Notes: generated by a model from the sequence alone, not told the origin. DNA of 34,267 nucleotides from an uncultured Clostridia bacterium (GCA_937892135.1 CALAUK010000092.1:1-34267), one strand, 5' to 3'. Shown: positions 8,339 to 18,671, numbered from the stretch's first letter. A program made the numbers and translations.

Positions 8339-10072
8339 ATGCTTAAAAGATTTATAAGTTACTATAAACCCCATAAAAAAATGCTTGCGCTTGATATGCT
8401 TGCAGCGTTATTAATTTCCGTAATCGGTATGGTGTATCCTGTTGTAACAAATAAAATGCTAAATGAGTACATTCCGAATAAAATGTATTCTACTATTGTG
8501 GTTGCGGGAATTATTGTGCTTGCTTTGTATGTTATAAGGCTTCTTTTGAGGTACTTTGTTCAGTACTACGGTCATATCATAGGCGTTAAAATGCAGTCTC
8601 AGATGAGGGTGGATTTGTTTTGCCATCTTCAAAAGCTCCCCTATAAGTTTTATGATAATAATGAAACGGGAAGAATTATGACAAGAATTACAAGTGACTT
8701 GTTTGAGGTTTGCGAGCTTGCGCATCACGGCCCTGAAAATCTTCTTATAAGCTCGGTTATGATAATTTTATCGTTTAGTTATCTTTTTACTATTGATAGG
8801 ATATTGACACTTATTATTTTTGCCTGTGTTCCTGTTTTGGTTGTTGTAACAGCACATTTTCGTAAGGCTATGAAAAGTGCCTTTGCAGACAGAAGAAAAA
8901 GTAACGCTACGATAAATGCGGCAGTTGAGAGTAGTATAACGGGCATAAGAGTTACCAAAGCATACACAAATGCGGCGGGCGAGATTGAAAAATTTAAAAA
9001 AGGCGATAAAGAATTTGTTAATTCTTCCAGAAGAGCGTATGATGCAATGGCAAAATTCCATTCGTCAACAACCTTTATTACAGATGTTTTTAATGTAATT
9101 ATTTTGATTGCAGGCGGATTATTTTTGTATGCAGGAAGAATTTCTTTTGGCGATTATTCAACTTTTATAGTTTCTGTAAACATTTTTATAAGCCCTGTAA
9201 CAACGCTTATCGGATTTATGGAGCAGTTCCAGAATGGCGCAAGCGGTTTTAAGAGGTTTGTTGAAATCATGGAGGAAGAGCCTGAAAAAGACAGACCCGA
9301 TGCACGAGAGCTTAAAGATGCAAAGGGTGAAATTGAGTTTAAAAATGTTACTTATTCTTATGATGTAACCAAGGAAGTGCTTTCCGGGGTAAGTATGAAA
9401 ATCGAAAAAGGCAAAAAGCTTGCTCTTGTAGGTCCGTCGGGCGGAGGTAAGACAACTATATGCCATTTGTTACCGAATTTTTATAAGCTTTCCGAAAATT
9501 CAGGAGAGATTTTGATAGACGGAAACAACATACAGGATTTAACCTTGGAATCTGTAAGAAAAAACATTGGTATTGTTCAGCAGGACGTTTTCTTGTTCTC
9601 AGGAACAATAAGGGAAAATATTTTATACGGAAGACCCGAAGCTACCGAAGAGGAAATGATAAAGGCTTCCAAAAAGGCGAATATTCACGACTATATAATG
9701 ACTCTTGAAAACGGATATGACACCGAAATAGGAGAGCGCGGCGTTAAGTTATCGGGCGGTCAGAAGCAGAGAATAAGTATCGCAAGAGTGTTTTTAAAAG
9801 ACCCTGCAATTCTTATTCTGGACGAGGCAACGAGCGCTCTTGACAACACAACAGAGGTTTTAATTCAAAATGCATTAGACGAGCTTTGCCGCGGAAGAAC
9901 AACACTTGTTGTTGCGCACCGTTTGTCGACAATAAGAAATGCTGATGAAATTGTTGTGGTAACAAACGGAAAGATTTTAGAAAGAGGAACTCACGAGGAG
10001 CTTATAGAAAAGGGCGGAATGTATAAAGGTTTATATGCTCTTCAGTTCAGGGATAACGATTTTATCGAATAA
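8339..10072 (+). CDS. ABC transporter ATP-binding/permease fusion (type I exporter, MsbA/MdlB-like)
   Basis: N-terminal 6-TM domain. Walker A GPSGGGKTT, signature LSGGQKQR, Walker B ILILDEATSALD and H-loop VVAHRL. Confidence 0.88.
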   Translation: MLKRFISYYKPHKKMLALDMLAALLISVIGMVYPVVTNKMLNEYIPNKMYSTIVVAGIIVLALYVIRLLLRYFVQYYGHIIGVKMQSQMRVDLFCHLQKLPYKFYDNNETGRIMTRITSDLFEVCELAHHGPENLLISSVMIILSFSYLFTIDRILTLIIFACVPVLVVVTAHFRKAMKSAFADRRKSNATINAAVESSITGIRVTKAYTNAAGEIEKFKKGDKEFVNSSRRAYDAMAKFHSSTTFITDVFNVIILIAGGLFLYAGRISFGDYSTFIVSVNIFISPVTTLIGFMEQFQNGASGFKRFVEIMEEEPEKDRPDARELKDAKGEIEFKNVTYSYDVTKEVLSGVSMKIEKGKKLALVGPSGGGKTTICHLLPNFYKLSENSGEILIDGNNIQDLTLESVRKNIGIVQQDVFLFSGTIRENILYGRPEATEEEMIKASKKANIHDYIMTLENGYDTEIGERGVKLSGGQKQRISIARVFLKDPAILILDEATSALDNTTEVLIQNALDELCRGRTTLVVAHRLSTIRNADEIVVVTNGKILERGTHEELIEKGGMYKGLYALQFRDNDFIE

Positions 10073-10092
10073 TGTGAAAAGAGGATTTTACT

Positions 10093-11430
10093 TTGATTTT
10101 ACCTGAGTACGTTAAAAAATCAATAGAGATACTTAAAAGCAGGGGGCATGAGGCGTATGCAGTGGGTGGCTGTGTGCGCGATATGCTCATAGGCAAGACA
10201 CCTTCTGACTATGATATAACAACCTCTGCTCTGCCTGAGGAGATAAAGGAATGCTTTGTGGGTTTTCGTGTTATCGAAACGGGAATTAAGCACGGCACGG
10301 TGTCGGTTATTGTTGATAATAACATATTAGAGATTACAACGTACCGCATTGACGGAAAGTATAAAGACAACCGCCGTCCCGAGAGCGTGAGCTTTTCTAA
10401 AAACCTTCAGGAAGATTTAAAACGCCGTGATTTTACGATTAATGCTATGGCGTATAACGAAAAGGACGGCATAAAAGATTTTTTTGGCGGAAAAGGTGAT
10501 GTTTCAGATAAAATAATAAGATGCGTAGGCGATGCGGAAACCCGTTTTGAAGAAGATGCCTTAAGAATCTTAAGGGCTTTAAGATTTTCGGCTGTGTTCG
10601 GCTTTGAAATAGAAGATAAAACGAGAAAGGCAATATCATTAAAGAAAAGGCTTTTAAAAAACATTTCAGCAGAGAGGGTAAGAGATGAATTTTCAAAGCT
10701 TATCGTTGCAAAAGACGGAGCTAAAGTTTTAGACGAGTTTTTTTATGTGTTTGAAATTATTATTCCTGAGCTTAATAAAACGAGAGGGCTTTGTCAGTGT
10801 AATAATTATCATATTTATGATGTTTTTAATCACATTTTAAAGTCGGTGGAAATGGCAGAAGAGGAACTAAGCGTTAAGCTTTGTATGCTTTTTCATGACA
10901 TCGGAAAGCCATATTGCTTTTCAAAAGACGAGGATGGAAACGGTCATTTTTACGGACATCAGAGAATAAGTGCTGCAATAGCAAAGGATGTGCTTTTAAG
11001 GCTTCGTTATCCGAATAAAATGATTGACACTGTTTGTACGCTCGTGAATTTCCACGACGGTCAGATGGCTGCAGATGAGAAAAGCGTGTGCCGTTGGCTA
11101 AGAAGAGTGGGCGAGGAAAATTTAAGGCTTCTTCTTAAAGTGAAAAGAGCAGATGCGCTGGCGCACGAGGAAAACTATGCTAAAATGCGTGTCGCAGAGA
11201 TTTCGGAAATTGAAAAGGTTTTAGAAGAGGTTATAAAAAAAGACCTTTGTTACAGTTTAAAGCAGCTTGCGGTTTCGGGAGAGGATGTTGTTTTATCGGG
11301 CATTTCGGGAAAAGAAGTAGGAGAAGTGCTTGAGGGACTTTTGACCGCTGTTATAGACGGAAGATGTGAAAACAATAAAGAAGCTTTAATGGAGCGTGTA
11401 AAAAGATATAGTGAAAAAAGAAGACCCTGA
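10093..11430 (+). CDS. cca: CCA-adding enzyme (tRNA nucleotidyltransferase) with C-terminal HD domain
   Basis: Class II nucleotidyltransferase head GGCVRDMLIGKTPSDYDITT, RRDFTINA motif and an HD region (LFHDIGKP). TTG start with GAGGA 7 nt upstream. Confidence 0.8.
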   Translation: MILPEYVKKSIEILKSRGHEAYAVGGCVRDMLIGKTPSDYDITTSALPEEIKECFVGFRVIETGIKHGTVSVIVDNNILEITTYRIDGKYKDNRRPESVSFSKNLQEDLKRRDFTINAMAYNEKDGIKDFFGGKGDVSDKIIRCVGDAETRFEEDALRILRALRFSAVFGFEIEDKTRKAISLKKRLLKNISAERVRDEFSKLIVAKDGAKVLDEFFYVFEIIIPELNKTRGLCQCNNYHIYDVFNHILKSVEMAEEELSVKLCMLFHDIGKPYCFSKDEDGNGHFYGHQRISAAIAKDVLLRLRYPNKMIDTVCTLVNFHDGQMAADEKSVCRWLRRVGEENLRLLLKVKRADALAHEENYAKMRVAEISEIEKVLEEVIKKDLCYSLKQLAVSGEDVVLSGISGKEVGEVLEGLLTAVIDGRCENNKEALMERVKRYSEKRRP

Positions 11431-11443
11431 GGGGTCTTCTTTT
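11414..11443. terminator. Bidirectional rho-independent terminator shared by cca and spoIIP
   Basis: AGAAGACCC (11419-11427), loop tgag, then GGGTCTTCT (11432-11440). A-run on the left and T-run on the right. The cca stop lies in the loop and the spoIIP stop abuts the stem. Confidence 0.6.
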
Positions 11444-12569
11444 AATGTGTGTAACTATTGATAACCTTTGCAAAAGACTTTGCGGCAAGGCGCGCCGAAA
11501 GTATTGTCTCGTCAAGAGTGTTTGCATCTGTTCCTATTTCAACAAGCATAGAACCCTTTGTGGCGTGAGTATTAAATCTTTCTTTTCTTATTGAAAGAGG
11601 GCGCGCGAGGTTATTGTAGTCATTTGTGAGCTGATTTTGTATTTTTAAGGTAAGCTTAAGATTTTCCTGCCAGTCGGGGTGCGTGAGTCCACCCTCGTTT
11701 GTGCCTGAAATAATCATAAGCTGAGCTGCTTTTTTACCGTCAATCTCCGTTAAAAGCTTGTATTTTGTTCCGTCCTGTGCTGTCATGGAGTCTCGGTGAA
11801 TATCTATAACAATCTGTATGGACGGATATTTTTTAAGATAGCTTTCTATAAGAGCCAGAGACTTTGCATAAGAGCCGTTATATGACGGATAGTCATTTAA
11901 GCTTTTGTCGTGAATAACATCTATGCCCTCTTCGCGCAAGGAGGCTGCAAACTCTTCGCCAACGCGCGCGACATTAAAATTCGTATCTTTAGTTCTTGCA
12001 TTCGTTTCGGGAGTGTAGTTGTATTTTTCAGACGGGGTATAGCTTTCGGTTGTGTGAGTGTGAACAATTAATACTGTGGGTTTTCCTGTAATTGAAAGGG
12101 GCGCGCTTAATAAAGCTTTCGTATCAACAGAAAAGCTTGTTTTGTTATCAACCGAAAGGGCAGAGGCGTTTACCGCGAGTGTTTTTTCTTCTATATTGTC
12201 ATAGTAAGCTGAAAGTGGCTGATTTTCTGTTTCTTCGTTATTTTCCAAAACGGGAGTGTATTTTAAAGTCTCCGCTTTTTTAATAGGTTCAATTTTATAG
12301 ATTTGGGGTGAAAAGAAATCAAGTCCCGCTGCTTTTGCCGCAGTATAACGGAAGAAATTAAGCCATTCAGTGCGCTTGGCTTCGGCGTCCGGCAAGGACT
12401 TTTCCCACGAGTAACGGGCAAGGCTTTCAAGATTTTTATTATTTGAAAAAACAAGATGAGATGCAGAGAAAAAAGAAAATGTTCCTAACCCCAACGCCAG
12501 GATTACAAGAAAAAACTTCATAATTGTATGTTTGTTTATAAGGATTGCCCTGAATTTTTTTCGTTTCAT
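11442..12569 (-). CDS. spoIIP: Stage II sporulation protein P (SpoIIP, amidase/peptidase for engulfment)
   Basis: N-terminal TM segment. VLIVHTHTTESYTP and IDIHRDS motifs are characteristic of SpoIIP. I prefer the internal ATG at 12569 (MKRKKFRAIL...) over the track's 12629. Confidence 0.8.
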   Translation of the reverse strand: MKRKKFRAILINKHTIMKFFLVILALGLGTFSFFSASHLVFSNNKNLESLARYSWEKSLPDAEAKRTEWLNFFRYTAAKAAGLDFFSPQIYKIEPIKKAETLKYTPVLENNEETENQPLSAYYDNIEEKTLAVNASALSVDNKTSFSVDTKALLSAPLSITGKPTVLIVHTHTTESYTPSEKYNYTPETNARTKDTNFNVARVGEEFAASLREEGIDVIHDKSLNDYPSYNGSYAKSLALIESYLKKYPSIQIVIDIHRDSMTAQDGTKYKLLTEIDGKKAAQLMIISGTNEGGLTHPDWQENLKLTLKIQNQLTNDYNNLARPLSIRKERFNTHATKGSMLVEIGTDANTLDETILSARLAAKSFAKVINSYTH

Positions 12570-12609
12570 ATATGTATTCTCACTTTCTTTATCTGGTATA
12601 TTTAGTATA

Positions 12610-12639
12610 ATTATATGATGGATAGACACAACATTATGA
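12610..12639 (-). promoter_or_regulatory. Candidate sigma-E-like sporulation promoter for spoIIP
   Basis: The minus strand reads TCATAAT...CATATAAT, which fits the pattern ATA-N17-CATATAAT. This resembles the B. subtilis sigma-E consensus (ATA-N16-18-CATACAnT). It lies about 40 nt upstream of the ATG at 12569. Confidence 0.3.
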
Positions 12640-12779
12640 AAAAAAGCAAAAAAATGGAGAAAGAAAACAGGAAAATTATGTAAAAATACACTGGAAAACT
12701 ATGTGCAAGTTGCACAAAAAATGAAGAAAAATTTCGTAAAAGTTTTTGCAAAAAAATATTGAAAAAATTCAAAAAAAGC

Positions 12780-12808
12780 TTGCATTTTCGGGGAATATAA
12801 TGTATAAT
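12780..12808 (+). promoter_or_regulatory. Strong sigma-A promoter of the S10 ribosomal protein operon
   Basis: TTGCAT (12780-12785), exactly 17 nt, then TATAAT (12803-12808). Three A6-7 tracts upstream (12750-56, 12762-67, 12771-77) are spaced about 10-11 bp apart, which looks like an UP element or intrinsic bend. Confidence 0.65.
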
Positions 12809-13123
12809 TAATAGCGTTGTGACAAGACATACGATGAAACAGGAGGTTGCAAACCGAACGGTTTGGTTTTTCTGTGGAGAATGTCCGATTCTTGAAACCG
12901 GGCGACAAGTCACGCTGCACTAATAGTATACACCCTTTAGCGAGAGCGCAATCCTTATGGGGATTTTGCGCCCTTAGTGCGTGTTTGGCCCAGGTATGTC
13001 CATTTGGCAAATCTGGGTTTTTATTTCGAGGGAGATGGAAACACCCGGCAGGGTGTAAATTAGAAAGTGCGTGCTGTCGTAATGGAACAACTAAATTTTG
13101 AATACTAGAAGGAGGAAAAACTT
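12809..13123 (+). promoter_or_regulatory. Long structured 5' leader of the S10 operon (candidate autoregulatory or attenuator RNA)
   Basis: About 310 nt separate the -10 from the rpsJ ATG. Hairpins and repeats are listed in the corresponding finding. I recognised no known riboswitch or T-box motif. Confidence 0.4.
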
Positions 13124-13435
13124 ATGGCAGCAACTCAGACAATCAGAATCAGACTTAAGGCTTACGATCATACTTTGATTGACCAGTCAGCAGAGAAGAT
13201 TGTGGAAACAGCTAAGAGAACAGGCGCAAAGGTATCAGGTCCTATTCCGCTACCTACAAAGAAAGAAATCGTTACAATTCTTCGTGCCGTTCACAAGTAC
13301 AAGGATTCCAGAGAGCAGTTTGAGATGAGAACACACAAGAGACTAATCGACGTGCTTGTTCCCACACAGAAAACAATAGAAGCTCTCACAAAGCTCGATT
13401 TGCCCGCAGGCGTTGATATCGAGATTAAGTTGTAA
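13124..13435 (+). CDS. rpsJ: 30S ribosomal protein S10
   Basis: [10 protein letters not shown]...SGPIPLPT...[16 protein letters not shown] 8 nt upstream. Confidence 0.97.
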   Translation: MAATQTIRIRLKAYDHTLIDQSAEKIVETAKRTGAKVSGPIPLPTKKEIVTILRAVHKYKDSREQFEMRTHKRLIDVLVPTQKTIEALTKLDLPAGVDIEIKL

Positions 13436-13508
13436 TAGCTTAGGCTATTGCGGGTCAAGTTTGCAGACCTTACTGTAAACCAATAACCTATAAGGAGGAA
13501 AAAAGGAA

Positions 13509-14141
13509 ATGAAAAAGGCAATTATGGGAACAAAAGTTGGCATGACTCAGATATTCGCTGAAGACGGAAAAGTTACTCCCGTTACTGTGATTTCTGCAGA
13601 AGCTAACGTTGTTGTTCAGAAGAAAACAGTTGAAACTGACGGTTATGACGCCGTACAGGTTGGTTTTATGAACAAAAGAGAAAAGCTTGTAAACAAACCT
13701 ATGAAAGGTCATTTCGCAAAAGCTGATGTAGCTTTCAAGAGATTCTTAAAGGAGTTTAAGCTAGAGGACGTAAGCGCGTTAAACGTAGGCGACGAAATCA
13801 AGGTTGACTCATTTGAAGAGGGTAGCTATGTTGATGTAACCGGTATCAGTAAAGGTAAAGGTTACGCAGGTGCAATCAAGCGCCATGGTGCTCACAGACT
13901 AAAGGAAACTCACGGTACAGGTCCTGTTCACCGTCATGCAGGTTCTATGGGCGCATGTTCAACACCTTCAAGAGTTATGAAGGGCAAAAAGCTTCCCGGT
14001 CACATGGGTGTTGACAAGGTTACAATACAGAAGCTTGAGATCATGAAGATCGACACAGAGAACAATCTTATCTGCGTAAAGGGAAGCATTCCCGGTGCAA
14101 AGGGCGGATTGGTAATAGTAAAAGATTCAGTTAAGGCATAA
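13509..14141 (+). CDS. rplC: 50S ribosomal protein L3
   Basis: [10 protein letters not shown]...[12 protein letters not shown] signature; operon order. Confidence 0.97.
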   Translation: MKKAIMGTKVGMTQIFAEDGKVTPVTVISAEANVVVQKKTVETDGYDAVQVGFMNKREKLVNKPMKGHFAKADVAFKRFLKEFKLEDVSALNVGDEIKVDSFEEGSYVDVTGISKGKGYAGAIKRHGAHRLKETHGTGPVHRHAGSMGACSTPSRVMKGKKLPGHMGVDKVTIQKLEIMKIDTENNLICVKGSIPGAKGGLVIVKDSVKA

Positions 14142-14172
14142 ATAATGCTAAAAGAAAGGAGGATGTAGGTTA

Positions 14173-14793
14173 ATGGCTACATTGAATTTATACAACATGA
14201 GCGGCGAAAACAAAGGTACTATTGAAGTAAGTGATAGCATTTTCGCTGTAGAAGTAAATAAATCAGTGCTCCATGACGTGGTTGTTAATTACCTTGCAAA
14301 CCAGAGACAGGGTACACAGAGCGCGCTAACTCGTACAGAGGTTCGCGGCGGTGGTATCAAGCCTTGGAGACAGAAAGGAACAGGTAGAGCAAGACAGGGA
14401 AGCATTCGTGCTCCTCAGTGGACAGGCGGTGGCGTAGTATTCGCACCCAAGCCGAGAGACTATTCTTACCGTTTAAATAAGAAGGTTAAGAAGCTTGCTT
14501 TCAAGATGGCTCTTACAACAAAGACTGCAGATATCTATGTTGTTGAGGATCTTAAGTTTAATGAAATCAAAACAGCTAATGCAGTAAACCTATTGAAAGC
14601 TCTTGGTATCACAGAGAAGACATTGGTAGTAACTGCTGAAAGCGACAAGAACGCATACTGCTCAATCAGAAACATCGAAGGTGTTTCAGCAAGCTATGTA
14701 GGCGGACTTAATGTTTATGAGATTTTAAATCACAACAAACTAGTAATTGCAAAAGATGCAATTGCAAAAATTGAGGAGGTGTGTGCACTATGA
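14173..14793 (+). CDS. rplD: 50S ribosomal protein L4
   Basis: [26 protein letters not shown] signature. Confidence 0.97.
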   Translation: MATLNLYNMSGENKGTIEVSDSIFAVEVNKSVLHDVVVNYLANQRQGTQSALTRTEVRGGGIKPWRQKGTGRARQGSIRAPQWTGGGVVFAPKPRDYSYRLNKKVKKLAFKMALTTKTADIYVVEDLKFNEIKTANAVNLLKALGITEKTLVVTAESDKNAYCSIRNIEGVSASYVGGLNVYEILNHNKLVIAKDAIAKIEEVCAL

Positions 14794-15083
14794 CATTCGC
14801 TCATGATATAATCCTTGCTCCTGTTGTTACAGAGCAGTCCATGGATATGATGGCAGACAGAAAGTACACCTTCAAGGTTGCTAAAAACGCAAACAAAATC
14901 CAGATTGCAAAAGCAATCGAAGAGATTTTCGGCGTTAAAGTAGAAAAAGTAAACACAATGAATATGGATGGCAAAATGAAAAGAATGGGCGCTAACATGG
15001 GTAGACGCGCATCTTACAAAAAGGCTATCGTAAAGCTTACTGAAGACAGCAAGACTATCGAATTCTTCGACGGTATTGCGTAA
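14790..15083 (+). CDS. rplW: 50S ribosomal protein L23
   Basis: [12 protein letters not shown]...KYTFKV...KAIV. ATG 14790 overlaps the rplD stop (ATGA) and follows GAGGAGG. The track's GTG 14781 sits too close to the RBS. Confidence 0.95.
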   Translation: MTFAHDIILAPVVTEQSMDMMADRKYTFKVAKNANKIQIAKAIEEIFGVKVEKVNTMNMDGKMKRMGANMGRRASYKKAIVKLTEDSKTIEFFDGIA

Positions 15084-15128
15084 GTAAAAAAGAAACGAGA
15101 TAATTTATAGATAAGGAGTGACATTAGG

Positions 15129-15962
15129 ATGGCGATTAAAAAGTATAATCCTACTTCTCCTGCAAGAAGATTTATGACAGTTTCCGCTTTTGAGGAAATC
15201 ACAACAAATACTCCTGAGCGTTCACTGTTAGAGCCTCTTAAGAAATATGCAGGTAGAAATTCATATGGTAAGATTACCGTTCGTCACCGTGGCGGCGGAA
15301 ATCGCAGAAAATACAGAGTAATCGACTTCAAGAGAAACAAAGATGGCGTAAATGCTACAGTAATGTCGATTGAATACGATCCGAACAGAAGCGCAAATAT
15401 CGCGCTTGTACAGTACGAGGACGGCGAGAAGAAATACATTATTGCTCCCTACGGCATAAAGGTTGGCGATGTTTTACAGAACGGAACAGGCGCAGACATT
15501 AAGCCCGGTAATGCAATGTTTATTTCCGACATTCCCGTTGGTACACTAATTCACAACATTGAGCTTTGGCCCGGTCGTGGTGCTCAGCTAGTAAGAAGCG
15601 CAGGCGCTGCTGCTCAGCTTATGGCAAAAGACGGTGGTTATGCTCAGGTTCGTTTGCCTTCGGGTGAAGTAAGAATGATAAGACTTGATTGTCGTGCGAC
15701 AATTGGCCAGGTTGGTAACCTTGATTACGAAAACATCAAGATTGGTAAAGCCGGTAGAAAACGTCACATGGGTTGGAGACCTACAGTTCGTGGTAGCGTA
15801 ATGAACCCCTGCGACCATCCTCACGGTGGTGGTGAAGGTAAGTCACCTATCGGTAGACCTTCTCCCATGACTCCTTGGGGTAAACCTGCTCTTGGTCTTA
15901 AGACAAGATCTAAGAAGAACAAGTCAAACAAGTTTATCGTTAAGAGAAGAAACGAGAAATAA
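15129..15962 (+). CDS. rplB: 50S ribosomal protein L2
   Basis: [18 protein letters not shown]...[15 protein letters not shown] signature. Confidence 0.97.
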   Translation: MAIKKYNPTSPARRFMTVSAFEEITTNTPERSLLEPLKKYAGRNSYGKITVRHRGGGNRRKYRVIDFKRNKDGVNATVMSIEYDPNRSANIALVQYEDGEKKYIIAPYGIKVGDVLQNGTGADIKPGNAMFISDIPVGTLIHNIELWPGRGAQLVRSAGAAAQLMAKDGGYAQVRLPSGEVRMIRLDCRATIGQVGNLDYENIKIGKAGRKRHMGWRPTVRGSVMNPCDHPHGGGEGKSPIGRPSPMTPWGKPALGLKTRSKKNKSNKFIVKRRNEK

Positions 15963-16011
15963 TTACGGCATAAAGCATAAATTTTTATGTTAACCGGAAG
16001 GAGGAAATCGA

Positions 16012-16284
16012 ATGGGAAGATCCATTAAGAAAGGCCCTTACGTTGAAGAAAGATTAATGAAGAGAATCGTAGCAATGAATGAGGCCAACACAAAAAATGT
16101 AGTAAAGACATGGTCAAGATCATCAACTATTTTCCCTGAAATGGTTGGTCATACAATAGCTGTTCATGATGGCAGAAAGCATGTGCCGGTATTCGTAAGC
16201 GAAGATATGGTAGGTCATAAGCTAGGAGAGTTTGCTCCTACAAGAACCTACAAAGGTCACGCTGGTGCTAAGTCATCTAGATAA
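16012..16284 (+). CDS. rpsS: 30S ribosomal protein S19
   Basis: [10 protein letters not shown]...[12 protein letters not shown]...[11 protein letters not shown]. Confidence 0.97.
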   Translation: MGRSIKKGPYVEERLMKRIVAMNEANTKNVVKTWSRSSTIFPEMVGHTIAVHDGRKHVPVFVSEDMVGHKLGEFAPTRTYKGHAGAKSSR

Positions 16285-16322
16285 TTTTAGTTTTGTCATC
16301 AGATGAAAGGAGGAAACAAATA

Positions 16323-16655
16323 GTGGAAGCAAAAGCAATTTTGAAGTACGCTCGTATTTCTAACCGTAAGGTTGGTATCGTACTTGATTTAATAAGAAAT
16401 AAGCCGGTAGGCGAAGCTATGGCTATTCTAAAGCATACTCCCAAGGCGGCTTCTATATTAGTAGAAAAATTACTTGCATCTGCAATTGCAAATGCTGAAA
16501 ACAATTTCGGTATGGATGCAAGCAAGCTATACGTTTCTGAGACCTTCGCAAATCAGGGTCCTACACTAAAGAGAATCAGACCCAGAGCGCAGGGCAGAGC
16601 GTTCCGTATTAAGAAAAGAACAAGTCATATTACAGTTGTAGTAAAAGAGAAGTAA
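16323..16655 (+). CDS. rplV: 50S ribosomal protein L22
   Basis: The GTG at 16323 gives [17 protein letters not shown], a typical L22 N-terminus. AAGGAGG at 16307-13 lies 9 nt upstream. The track's TTG 16293 would lie upstream of the RBS. Confidence 0.93.
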   Translation: MEAKAILKYARISNRKVGIVLDLIRNKPVGEAMAILKHTPKAASILVEKLLASAIANAENNFGMDASKLYVSETFANQGPTLKRIRPRAQGRAFRIKKRTSHITVVVKEK

Positions 16656-16670
16656 GAGAGGAGGTTACTC

Positions 16671-17339
16671 ATGGGACAGAAAGTTAATCCACATGGACTT
16701 AGAGTTGGTATTATCAAAGATTGGGATTCAAAATGGTTTGCTAAAGACAACGTTTTTGGCGATACACTAGTTGAAGACTATAAAATAAGAAAGTTTTTAA
16801 AGAAAGAACTTTACGAAGCAGGCGTTTCGAAGTTCGAAATTGAAAGAAAGAGCAATAAGACTATTGTTAACATCTTTGCTGCAAAGCCTGGTCTGATTAT
16901 CGGTAAGGGCGGCGCTGAAATTGAAAAGCTTAAGGCTAAGCTTGCAAAATTAACAGGCAAAAGCGATGTTAACGTAAATATCGTAGAGATCAAAGTTCCC
17001 GATATGGATGCTGTATTGGTTGCTGAAAACATTGCTTCTCAGCTTGAAAGACGTATTTCTTTCAGACGTGCAATGAAACAGTGCATGGGCAGATCCATGA
17101 AAATGGGTGCTAAAGGTATCAAAACTGCGGTTTCCGGACGTTTGGGCGGTGCTGAAATTGCCAGAACCGAACACTATCACGAGGGCACAATTCCGCTACA
17201 GACCTTGAGAGCCGATATCGATTATGGTTTTGCAGAAGCAAACACAACATACGGTAAGATCGGTGTTAAGGTATGGATTTACAAAGGTGAGATTCTTCCG
17301 GAAAATAAGAGAGCGAAAAAAGCGGAAGGAGGCAAATAA
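16671..17339 (+). CDS. rpsC: 30S ribosomal protein S3
   Basis: [14 protein letters not shown]...KH-domain [10 protein letters not shown]. Confidence 0.97.
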   Translation: MGQKVNPHGLRVGIIKDWDSKWFAKDNVFGDTLVEDYKIRKFLKKELYEAGVSKFEIERKSNKTIVNIFAAKPGLIIGKGGAEIEKLKAKLAKLTGKSDVNVNIVEIKVPDMDAVLVAENIASQLERRISFRRAMKQCMGRSMKMGAKGIKTAVSGRLGGAEIARTEHYHEGTIPLQTLRADIDYGFAEANTTYGKIGVKVWIYKGEILPENKRAKKAEGGK

Positions 17340-17341
17340 TA

Positions 17342-17770
17342 ATGTTATTACCTAAGAGAGTTAAACACAGAAGAGTAATGCGTGGTAGAATGAAGGGTAA
17401 GGCTACTCGTGGTAACTTCGTAAGCAACGGTCAGTTTGGCTTACAGGCACTTGAGCCCGCTTGGATTACTTCTAATCAGATAGAAGCAGCCCGTATTGCG
17501 ATGACAAGATACATTAAAAGAGGCGGTCAGGTTTGGATTAAGATATTCCCTGACAAGCCCGTAACAGAGAAACCTGCTGAAACTCGTATGGGTAGCGGTA
17601 AAGGTTCTCCTGAGTATTGGGTAGCAGTTGTTAAACCCGGTAGAGTATTATTTGAAATTGACGGTGTTTCAGAAGAAGTTGCACGTGAAGCTATGCGTCT
17701 TGCTATGCACAAGCTTCCCATCAAGTGTAAGTTTGTAACACGTGAGGAGAAGGAGGCGTCTGCAGAATGA
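17342..17770 (+). CDS. rplP: 50S ribosomal protein L16
   Basis: [17 protein letters not shown]...[20 protein letters not shown]. Confidence 0.97.
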   Translation: MLLPKRVKHRRVMRGRMKGKATRGNFVSNGQFGLQALEPAWITSNQIEAARIAMTRYIKRGGQVWIKIFPDKPVTEKPAETRMGSGKGSPEYWVAVVKPGRVLFEIDGVSEEVAREAMRLAMHKLPIKCKFVTREEKEASAE

Positions 17771-17958
17771 AAACAAGTGAAATCAGAGATTTGACAGTTG
17801 AAGAATTGAATCTTAAACTAGGCGAACTTAAAGCAGAGCTTTTCAACTTAAGATTTCAGAATGCGACAAATCAGTTAGAAAACCCCTCTAGAATTGCAGA
17901 TGTTAAGAAGAGCATCGCAAGGGTTATGACTATCATTCGTGAAAGAGAGCTTAACTAG
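17767..17958 (+). CDS. rpmC: 50S ribosomal protein L29
   Basis: [31 protein letters not shown] overlap with rplP. Confidence 0.96.
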   Translation: MKTSEIRDLTVEELNLKLGELKAELFNLRFQNATNQLENPSRIADVKKSIARVMTIIRERELN

Positions 17959-17997
17959 TTTTTAACGTTTTGAGTAGTATGAAAGGAGGAATTGGTT

Positions 17998-18255
17998 GTG
18001 GAAGAAAGAAACACACGAAAAGTAAGAATAGGCACAGTTGTTAGTGACAAAATGGATAAGACAATTGTTGTAGCTATTAAATATAATGTAAAACACCCTC
18101 TTTACGGCAAAATTGTAAAGAAAACCTACAAGCTTAAGGCTCATGATGAAAACAACGAATGTGCAGTGGGCGATAAAGTACAGGTAATGGAAACAAGACC
18201 CCTGTCCAAGGATAAGCGTTGGAGATTAGAAAAGATTGTTGAGAAGGCTCAGTAA
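17998..18255 (+). CDS. rpsQ: 30S ribosomal protein S17
   Basis: The GTG at 17998 gives [33 protein letters not shown] ends 8 nt upstream. The track's TTG 17992 is only 2 nt from the RBS. Confidence 0.93.
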   Translation: MEERNTRKVRIGTVVSDKMDKTIVVAIKYNVKHPLYGKIVKKTYKLKAHDENNECAVGDKVQVMETRPLSKDKRWRLEKIVEKAQ

Positions 18256-18288
18256 TGAGATTTTCTTCACAGGAAGGAGGAAGTTTGC

Positions 18289-18657
18289 GTGATACAGCAA
18301 CAGACAAGAATGAAGGTTGCCGATAACACAGGTGCAAAAGAAATCATGTGCATCAGAGTGCTTGGCGGCAGCGGTAAAAAGTTTGCAAATATAGGCGATG
18401 TAGTAGTTGCCAGCGTTAAGAAGGCAACACCCGGCGGTGTTGTAAAAAAAGGTGACGTAGTTAAAGCTGTTATTGTTAGAAGTGCTAAAGGTGTGAAACG
18501 TAACGACGGAACACACATTAAGTTCGACGAAAACGCAGCTGTTATAATTAGAGATGATAAGAACCCAAGAGGTACTCGTATCTTTGGACCTATCGCAAGG
18601 GAACTAAGAGATAAAGAGTATATGAAGATTTTATCATTGGCACCCGAAGTACTATAA
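18289..18657 (+). CDS. rplN: 50S ribosomal protein L14
   Basis: [17 protein letters not shown]...[12 protein letters not shown] start 8 nt after GGAAGGAGG. Confidence 0.97.
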   Translation: MIQQQTRMKVADNTGAKEIMCIRVLGGSGKKFANIGDVVVASVKKATPGGVVKKGDVVKAVIVRSAKGVKRNDGTHIKFDENAAVIIRDDKNPRGTRIFGPIARELRDKEYMKILSLAPEVL

Positions 18658-18671
18658 GGAGGTGGCGAAAA

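Noticed and set aside
12611-13010. 100-aa and 103-aa minus-strand ORFs across the spoIIP/rpsJ intergenic region
   Set aside because: Their low-complexity F/L/I/K-rich translations come from A/T-rich promoter DNA. They overlap the mapped promoter motifs and have no RBS.
12847-13101. 84-aa plus-strand ORF (TTG start right after AGGAGG) inside the S10 leader, and a 29-codon ATG ORF from 12834
   Set aside because: The TTG abuts the SD-like AGGAGG with zero spacing, and the ATG has no SD. The Cys/Trp/Arg-rich product looks random, and the region is better explained as structured RNA. A short regulatory leader peptide cannot be fully excluded.
12809-13123. Known riboswitch, T-box or small RNA gene (SRP, 6S) identity for the S10 leader
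   Set aside because: I could not find the T-box AGAGA/GGUGGUA elements, the ykkC/ppGpp motifs or the SRP domain IV motif. I therefore report it only as an unclassified structured leader.
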